DNA of 58,948 nucleotides, filler included, from Jimgerdemannia flammicorona (taxonomy: Eukaryota), in NCBI GenBank assembly GCA_003990765.1. It is 3 parts of 3 records of this genome, joined end to end, with 100 filler letters (N's around TTAATTAATTAA, not from the genome) between each part and the next. Parts side by side here need not be neighbours in the genome. Positions count along the whole stretch, not along the records: positions 39,374 to 58,948 come from RBNJ01001905.1; 2 more parts are not named here. One strand, given 5' to 3'. The notes beneath the pieces were generated by a model. That model was not told the origin of the DNA. It ran no database searches and saw nothing but the letters and a program-made list of their open reading frames with translations. Numbering within the stretch: position 1 is the first letter of the stretch; each line of letters begins with the position of its first letter. Made by a program: the position numbers and the translations under genes. Positions 51,296-58,948 of the stretch are shown here, piece after piece.

Positions 51296-51790
51296 AAAAC
51301 ATCCTTGCCCCCTCCGGGGTCTCGCGCTCGCTCCGGGGTCTCGGCCTTACTCCGCTCCCCTCCGCTGCCTTCGGCCCCTCGCTTTGCTCGGGCTCGCTGT
51401 GGCTCGCTCTGTTTCGGCCTCACCCCTCGCTTGCGCTCACCCCTCTGGGGTCTGCGGATGTTTTTTAATCTCGATTTGGATTTGTTTTGTTTGTGTTTGT
51501 TTGTGATTTTTATCCTGCAACTGGGATTGGCTCCCCCTTTATCTCCGCTTATCTCTGGTGGTCATGTGGTTCCTAATTCGGTTCGCCCCAAGTTGTGGCA
51601 TGTCCTCCCTTTTGGGATGTCATATTTTGTATATAAGGACTGCGTTTTTACGTGGCAATAAATGGCTGATGCATTTTCGGTTATGTTCTTTATTCGTCCC
51701 CCTTATACACGCTCTTCCACATGTCTTCCATTTGCTTTGACACTGGCTCTGGGTTTGCTCCCTTGGCTCCCGCTGGGCCTTCTTCCTCCC

Positions 51791-53834
51791 CTTCACTCAG
51801 CAAGGCAGATGTATGTACCTTTGGGGGCTTGCATTGCAATCTCTATTCATACTGTAGCATTGGTACATACTTAGTGGAATAGTGAGGTCTTGACTGCTGT
51901 AGAGGTCATATCCAGTATTGGTTGGGTGGACCTTAGTGGGGATGGTAGCCTTATACTATATCTTCTGTACTTTGATGACATTCTTGGGGTTCTTCTTTCT
52001 TGGACCTTCTCCAATAACAGTAATGTTCTGATTACTGGGTTTGTCTGTTCTGTTCTTCTTCTCAGGGCATCTGAATGAGATATGTCCTGTCTTCTTGCAG
52101 ATGAAGCACAATCCCTTTTCACAGAGCTACTTCTTTTCATCCTCAATGGGAGGTCTGGGTCCTCTGGGATTTTGCTGATTCCTTTGATCATTCCATTGAT
52201 CATACATATCTTTGGTCATTTCTTTGATCATTTCTCCTGGTAGGATTTCTCCTATCTTGGTTATTCTTTTTGTATTCTTGATTTCATAGAGCTTGTGTAG
52301 TAAGGATTTTGCAGACTCTTCTTTGTACTTGGGCAAAGCACCATAAGTAGTGGGGGCATCCTTGGGGAAGACCTTGTTCCTTGATCTTCTGGGTGAGCCA
52401 GTCTGGTAGGGCTGCAAAGAGATGGTTGGCTCTGGTACCATTGATGGCCAAATTTTTTTCCTAGTAGATAAGTCCAACAGTTTTGAGATAGATATCCATT
52501 CTGGTAGCAAAGGTCTCTAGATCTTCTTTGCCATTCTTGTGGAACTTTATCTGGAACAGTTTGTTCCAAGTTTCTTGTATATAGGCCACATTTCAGAATT
52601 TGGTCAGTAGTAAGGCCTTGAGTCCTGGGCCTGCTTCATGGTCATCCCAACCTGGTCTATTATTGGCAGGTACTTGTCTATTGACTTGAGGGCAGGCTTC
52701 TCAAGTTACTGAGTGTTGTTCCAAGGTTTATCAGAATTCAGCTGCTGTTCCTATGAAGAATGTGGCTACTGTTTCCACTTGTGCTACTGATGTGGCAAAC
52801 AGCTATTAGAGGGTACTGTTCTGGTTGTTGGTGAGCATTCCTATAGATACTCTGTTGTCATTCCATTGGTTTGCTCAGTAGCCTATGTCAACTGTATCGA
52901 TGAAGTTTTTGATGTCACTGTTTTTTCCACTGAATGTTGGGATTCACATGGTCTTGGTTGGCTTGTTCTGTTCTGCAATTTGTCCTACTATCTCTGCTAG
53001 TGCTGCTAGCTGGGTAGTCAGTACTGCAATATTGACATCTACCATTGTATTTACTATTGGTGGTGGACCTGTTGGGGTAGATTCTTCTGAAGATTGTTCT
53101 GCTTGATGGGGTTGTGGTGCTGTATGATTTGGAGTTACTTGATTCCCAGATATCAGGTCAAAGAGTCCTGTGAGAGAGAGTAAACCAAACCTCTGTATAG
53201 GTAGCTGAGTTGGTTCTGGGGTCTGTTCTTCTTGACCTGTAGTTCCTTGGTAAATTCTTAGGCCTGCTGTTCCTCATTGGCTATCATCAGACTGGTAACC
53301 TGTAGAGTCTTCATCTGACTCCCTTCCCTGATGAGATAGTACATCCTTGTACTGACTAGGTCCTTCAAAGAGGATATCAGTCTCTGGCTGAGTAGATGGG
53401 CCTGCTCCTTGTTCAGCAGTAGGGGATGGATGGCCTGCTTGCTCATTCTCATATCTGGTTATAGCAGAGATATAGTATACAACTAGCCTGTAGTAGAGGG
53501 AGGTCTTGGTTGGGGTATAATTATATCTGTCAGAGGCAATCTACTTGGCAGCTGCTTCTCTTACAGCAGGGGGTGTGATATATTCTAGAAAATCCTGGGT
53601 GGCTGCAGCAGTAGATTCTGGAGTCCTAGTGGTTCTAATGTGTCCTTGGAGGAGTTCATAGAACTTACAGCAGCTGACAATATTCCTAAGTCCTGGGTGG
53701 TATGTTCTAAAAGCCTGGTATAGATCATTATAAGTCTGGTCAATTACAAGCTGGTGGGTTCTTGGGTCTGTGGTTTCCTGGTACCACCTGGTCCTAATGG
53801 CAAGGGCTTCTCTGGCTCTGGTTTGAGGATCCAC
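51791..53834 (-). pseudogene. Chromovirus gag region and dUTPase N-half (51791..~51985)
   Basis: Between PBS and protease. ATIPTKVHPTNTGYDLYSSQDLTIP and IAMQAPKGTYICLAE* (from RLAERS) abut the PLE; gag is broken into short ORFs. Confidence 0.75.
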
Positions 53835-53920
53835 AGTTGATTCTGGGGGTTACTCCTGTCCAAGGTTGGTCTTGTTCCAACTTTAGGAGTATGTTCTTTG
53901 GTATCTTCTTGACTGGTAAT

Positions 53921-53932
53921 CCACTGCTACCA
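53921..53932 (-). promoter_or_regulatory. Primer binding site, probably initiator tRNA-Met
   Basis: Minus strand TGGTAGCAGTGG, 3 nt after the 5' LTR; resembles known iMet PBS TGGTAGCAG. Confidence 0.75.
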
Positions 53933-53935
53933 AGT

Positions 53936-54703
53936 TATAATAACTCTCACTTCTACCCCTCTCTTATCCTTTAGATAATTAGGGAAGTGGATAATTACTT
54001 AGGGACTTAGTACACAATGTGTACCAAGAAGCCTTCAGTTTGAGAAAGCACTCGCTTAAAGTAGTTGTAGTAGCAGTGTCTTCTGTTTCAAAGGTCTTTC
54101 TCTTTTGCCCTATTTCAAGGATCTTGTTCTTTGCTGTTTACAGACTGAATTCACCTTGGAATTCAGGTTCAATAGGTTTACTTAAGTTTTTGGGGATTTA
54201 TATACCAGTCTCAGTTCTGGCAGAAGTTAGCTAGGCTTCTGGAGTTTAGTCAGAAACACTAGAGTTACTTAGATATCATTACTAAGACTCAGGGGAATGT
54301 GTGTGTGTGGGGGGAACTTGATTCTTATATCAAGAACTGAACTAAAACTGCTTTATTTCAGATAGAAACTGGGGGGTATTTATACAAGTTGGTCTATGAT
54401 TTCTGACTAAGTATGAGTGACTAATTTGGTAACTATAATGAGGTTTGTGATCATGACCTTTGTTAGATGGTTTTTTTGGCAAAGAACAACTTTATGATCA
54501 AGACCTCAATTACTAGGCAATGATCAGCTACTGTGGCAACTGATTGCTGTGGCACTGATTGTTGGGGATAAGCTAAATATTGTTTTCCACATCATTTCGC
54601 ATTGTTCATTCATTCATCACTTGCTATTTATATGTCACACTTGATCATATGATGACATCATCACTGGGTCACATGATCACTTGTCGCATCTCATTCTATT
54701 ACA
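53936..54703 (-). repeat. 5' LTR of chromovirus
   Basis: TATAATAAC (decayed TG)...CTATTACA, followed by TSD GTCAT. Confidence 0.95.
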
Positions 54704-55460
54704 GTCATAGGCCTTCTTCTGGTCCAAAAAGACCAGTCTACCATCCAGTCCACAGGCCTGAGTCCCTTCAATGATGCCATGCACCGAGGCAGTTTCATCT
54801 CTGATAAGCCTATCTCCCACAAAACCCCACTGCTCCTCACCCAGTACCTGTTGAGCAACCTTCTGCAGCCTTGCAACAATTACTTTCATCATCAACTTCC
54901 AGTCTATATCCAAAAGTATGATTGGCCTCCAATTCTTCCAGTTCTTTTACCTGCTCTTATCTTTGTACAATAAGGCTACCAACCCTAAGTCCTGCTCTCC
55001 AACCCACTTACCATACAGAAAAACATGGTCATAGAGAGCAGCCATCTCTCCTAGCATTCCAGGGACCTTTGCCATCTTCTTCCAGAAGTCTCAAGGTAAT
55101 CCATCCTCCCCAGATACTGTCCCAAGCTTAGTAGCTGCAAGGACCTGCTAGATCTCCTCCTCTTGGACCAGTAAGATCAAGTCACCCAGGCCCTCTATCT
55201 GTGGTGGTTCCCACTCCTTCAATCACCTCTACATCAGTACTCCCTTATTCCTCACTCTACAGACCCCACTATCACTCCTTCAATATTCTCAAGATCTATT
55301 ACATGCTATGCACCAAATCCCCCTTGGTATTAAAGACCCCATCCTACTGATGTCGCATCCTCCTAGCTTTGAGGAGTCTAGACAAGTACCTAGTAGGCCT
55401 CTCTCCCTCCTCAAGCCCCTGCTACTACATATAGCCTGGCAGCCATTCCTCATATATGAG
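54704..55460 (-). mobile_element. Upstream part of the same LINE as 39374..41171
   Basis: DIDWKLMMKVIVARL, QWGFVGDRLI and LVFLDQKKAYD, continuing across the insertion into HVWQIWLNKVL. Confidence 0.88.
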
Positions 55461-57129
55461 TCTCATATAACTGTACTGTCAAATACCACTCAAGAAGAAC
55501 CAACACCAATACTGATGTACTCTCAAGGATACTCCAAAATACCCCTATCAAGACTATTCAACATGAATAAGAAGTTATACTATGGATTAATTAGCTACCT
55601 TAGGCAGTAGAAGATGCCCAACCACCTTGAACTCTAGATAATTACCATTATCAATCAGACTTGGAAACAGTTTGAACTAGACAAAACTATACTCAGAAAA
55701 GGAGGAAAGCTAGTAATACCTAAATATAAGAAGTATTAAGTAATGAAGGAAGTATATGAGCAAAGATATCTAGGAGGAATCAATATATATATATAACAAG
55801 ATAAAAAAAACTATATGGTGGCCCAAAATGGAAGAAAACCTGTACCAATTTGTCAAAGAGTATAATAAGTACCAAAAACAGAAATAAGAACAATAAGACC
55901 AGATATCTGGGTCATCAAGAATTAAGCCTATCCCCTTCCACTACATTATAATAGATATCATTGGGCCACTACCAGTAATACTATCAGGAAACTGCTATAT
56001 TATAGTTATTGTAGACCTCTTTACCAAATAGATAGAAGTAGGAGCATTATAAGAAGCCAATGCTCTCTCTATAGCTGACTTCCTGTACTGAGAAATCATC
56101 TACCACTATAAGATACTAAAGCAAATCACAACAGACTAGTACAGAATTTGTCAATAGATTTTACAAGATAATGTATTAGAAATATAAGATTCAGCACATC
56201 AAGACTACCACATACCACCCTCAAGGAAATGGACAGACAGAAAGAACCAACAAGACCCTCAAGAACATCCTGGCAAAGATCTCAGAGACATATGAGAATT
56301 GAGATAACTACCTCCCAACAACCCTCTCTGTCCTATGAGACATATACATAGTCACAGAGCACACACTTTACCCCAAGAGAACTGCTCTTCAGAGAAGAAG
56401 ATTCTGATGGAATCTTAGCTACAAATCTAGACCTAACTTGGAGACAGATTAATGCAGAAATCCAGAGACTATACCAAATCAGGAAGAAGACTGAAGATTA
56501 CATTATCAAGTTATAAGCACTGATAAGGAAAAATACAGAAAAGAATCACAAGACTCTAGAACTCATCTAAATCAGAGAAAATGTCCTACTGTATCAAAAT
56601 ATAGTAGAAGCCTTATAGTTGTGAAAACTGGAGCCCAAATAAGAAGGACTCTTCTATGTATAAGATATCAAGGGAACTATCTTTTGGCTTAGAAAAATCT
56701 CAGAGACTATACTGCCTACTATGGTATATAGGAACAGACTCAAGAAGTACTATAAATCTATATAAGAGAAGCAAAACATGATAACTCCCTGCAAGGTTCT
56801 AGTCTACAAATCATAATAGCATATCTCATGACCAGCAGGCTATCTATCTGAACCATTCTCTAAGGGATATAGCACTAGTAACTACTCATCTATAAGACTT
56901 TCAAAGTTAGAGAAGTTCAAACTGTCAACTGATTAATCAAGATCAGAATCAGGTCCTTGCTCTATATGAAGGGAGTAACCCTTCACCATCATGCCAAAAT
57001 ACAAAGAGAAGATGTCAGCCCATAAATACTACTTTTTGACCCCTTACTAGAGGTTATGGGATCAGCAAATTTTTCAGGACTGGACCAATGAATAAGGACA
57101 TTCAAGAAGATCCTTATTTAGGAAGAAGA

Positions 57130-58714
57130 TGTAATAGTGATCCCAGAATGATGACATTGGCCCAGGAGACAGCCTTTCCTTAAAAGCCACCAGATTGAAG
57201 TACAAGGAGATCATATAGTATACAAGATGAGCAATAATGACCAACTGTAAGTCATTGTGACCACAGTATAGGTATCTTGAGAAATATAAAAGAAGGATCA
57301 AGGAACTGCAGTAATAGCAATCAATAAGACCCACTAATCCCAAAATAGCTCAAAGACTTACCACAAATGAAATGCCTGCTGCCTGCCAAACCTCAAGATC
57401 AAGGAATTACTAAGGTATCTCAGTCAAAGAAAGAATATTCCAAGATATCAGAAGAGTTATAAGGACCCATACAAGAAGGACTCCTAGTATTAACCTGGGT
57501 ACTGCAGAACCTTATCACTTTATCCTCTACTACTATGAAATAGAAACAAGGATCACCATTGCTACTAAATATCTCTAAATATAGTAGGAGTATGAGATAG
57601 GAAACCTCCTCTGTCAGGAGTTCCCACAGGCCAGCACTCAAGAGCTATAAGATGTCATTTCTATGAATATATGTAAAACAAGAATAGCTAAGAAGATCTA
57701 TCAGATCTTCAGGCATGCACCATAATTGATCCCCAACTTGAAGTATGTTAGAGTCTCAGACTTCAGAGACCTGTCAGTCTACTATATCAATGCACTAGAA
57801 GCCAGGGTAGCTACAGAAGCCCAGTCTACTATCACTCTCAATAGTGATAAAGTAGAAGACTTCTGGAATCCCATCCTCTAGAACAACTCAGACCAATTCC
57901 TGCAAGAATTGATCTCAGTATTCTAAGACCCAAGCATCCAGATTAGACCTCTCCAAGACCCCACATTTGTTCTCTATTTTGTGGAAGAGAATCTCATAGA
58001 CTGGAGAGCCCAGACATTCTTGTTTCTGCTGCCACCAAATGTGATAATGTCATTAGTAATGACATCATCCTATACAATATATATAAGATATATAATATAT
58101 ATGAAATACATGACCTATGTGATAATGATAAATTCACAGACCTCATCTCCTTTGAAGATATCCTGACCTCTGATGAGGATAAAGCCCCTATAGTCTTGAA
58201 CATTCTACTCTAAAGTCCTTTAGTGATACTAAATTATATCAGCATTAGTATTCTGATATAATACTAAATTATGCCAGCACTAGTATTCCAATGTGACACT
58301 GAATTATTCTAGCACTATTTTCCTATACTACTAAAATTATATCAGTATTCTGAATCTATATAACCATTAGTGCTAACTCTGGAACTTATCAGTTTTTTCT
58401 TTCCTGGTATTTTATTTTAGTTATTGAAATTTATATTTAGCTTTATATCTTAGCAACTATTGAATTATATTTTGTATAAATACCTCTCTTATTTTCTCTG
58501 AAATAAAGTCAGTCTACTCAGTATAATATACACACTTCCTTACAAGCAATCTAAGAGATAACAAGATAGTTTAAAGATAAGAAGTTTGAGAACTATAAGA
58601 TCTTGTGAAGGTACTCCAATAAGAACTTGCTTATAACAAACTTGAGTTAGTCTAAAAGATATATCTTGAAGAGAATCTAATATATTTGAAGGACTCAGCA
58701 ACTACTATATAACA
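57130..58714 (+). repeat. 1.58-kb 3' LTR of family B (copy 3)
   Basis: TGTAATAG...TATAACA. Two TATA boxes (~57285 and ~58475), ~35-bp tandem repeats at ~58228-58350, AATAAA at ~58502. Confidence 0.9.
57372..58213 (+). pseudogene. LTR-encoded accessory ORF, copy 3
   Basis: MPAACQTSRSRN...INLGTAEPYHFILYYYEIETRI...EYEIGNLL...AKKIYQIFRHAP*LIPNLKYVRVSDFRDLS...NNSDQFLQEL; frameshift near the 3' end. Confidence 0.8.
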
Positions 58715-58948
58715 CTATATTACTTATCTAATATATTATCTAAAAGTTTGCTCTAGGTATAAATAGTTATTTGTATATAAAATAAATGGAGTAGTTATAT
58801 ACTAAATTAGTTATATATACTTAGCCAGAAGCTATAAACCATTACTTAGCCAATATATATAAATACTTTAGTAATTTTATTTAAAATAAATCAGTTCTTA
58901 GTTTAGTACAAAACACAAGTCTTTCTTTTATATATATTCTTCTAAGTT

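Larger units (their letters stand above)
47310..51790 (+). mobile_element. Penelope-like element without endonuclease; inverted plus direct pseudo-LTRs
   Basis: Structure A'(47310-47649)-B(47650-47800)-A(47801-48136)-ORF1-RT-B(51305-51455)-A(51456-51790). PLE-type RT, CpG largely retained, no TSD seen. Confidence 0.9.
41172..54703 (-). mobile_element. Full-length degenerate Ty3/Gypsy chromovirus (family A): gag-dUTPase-PR-RT-RH-INT-chromodomain + extra 3' ORF
   Basis: LTRs at 41172-41938 and 53936-54703; 5-bp TSD GTCAT (41167-41171, 54704-54708); PBS and PPT present; pol motifs in canonical Gypsy order. Confidence 0.95.
55470..58714 (+). mobile_element. 5'-truncated Ty3/Gypsy element (family B): RNase H end, integrase, PPT, 3' LTR
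   Basis: KYHSRRTNTNTDVLSR; IDIIGPLPVILSGNCYIIVIVDLFTK; TTTYHPQGNGQTERTNKTLK; KLEPK*EGLF; no chromodomain seen; PPT AGGAAGAAGA at 57120-57129. Confidence 0.88.

Noticed and set aside
47310..51790. DIRS/Ngaro tyrosine-recombinase element or TIR DNA transposon
   Set aside because: No recombinase, RNase H or transposase seen; the RT motifs are Penelope-type.

Overview
Eukaryotic, intron-containing fungal DNA. Gene content and repeat landscape suggest an early-diverging Mucoromycota-type genome (inference). Two artificial gaps (N runs with a TTAATTAATTAA linker) split the window into three contigs. There are four clear host genes in CpG-rich islands: a ~2842-aa sacsin-like Hsp90-fold protein ending in BTB, a paraoxonase/arylesterase, an NmrA-like NAD(P)-binding protein and a DUF1752/Reg1-like protein. 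They sit among CpG-depleted, C-to-T hypermutated transposon relics. Main points: (1) a spliced, decaying gene whose N-terminus mimics the histone H3 tail (ARTRQTAKKST, K4 replaced by R) fused to a DNMT3/ATRX ADD-like PHD finger; (2) a ~280-aa accessory ORF of unknown function shared by two different Ty3/Gypsy families, inside the LTR of one and just before the PPT of the other, each behind its own TATA box; (3) a young endonuclease-less Penelope-like element with ~340-bp inverted termini and a built-in 15-bp inverted repeat. It split the dUTPase of a chromovirus with a target deletion, and that chromovirus is itself nested in a LINE; (4) a RIP-like mutation spectrum. All calls come from manual translation and motif recognition; no searches were run.
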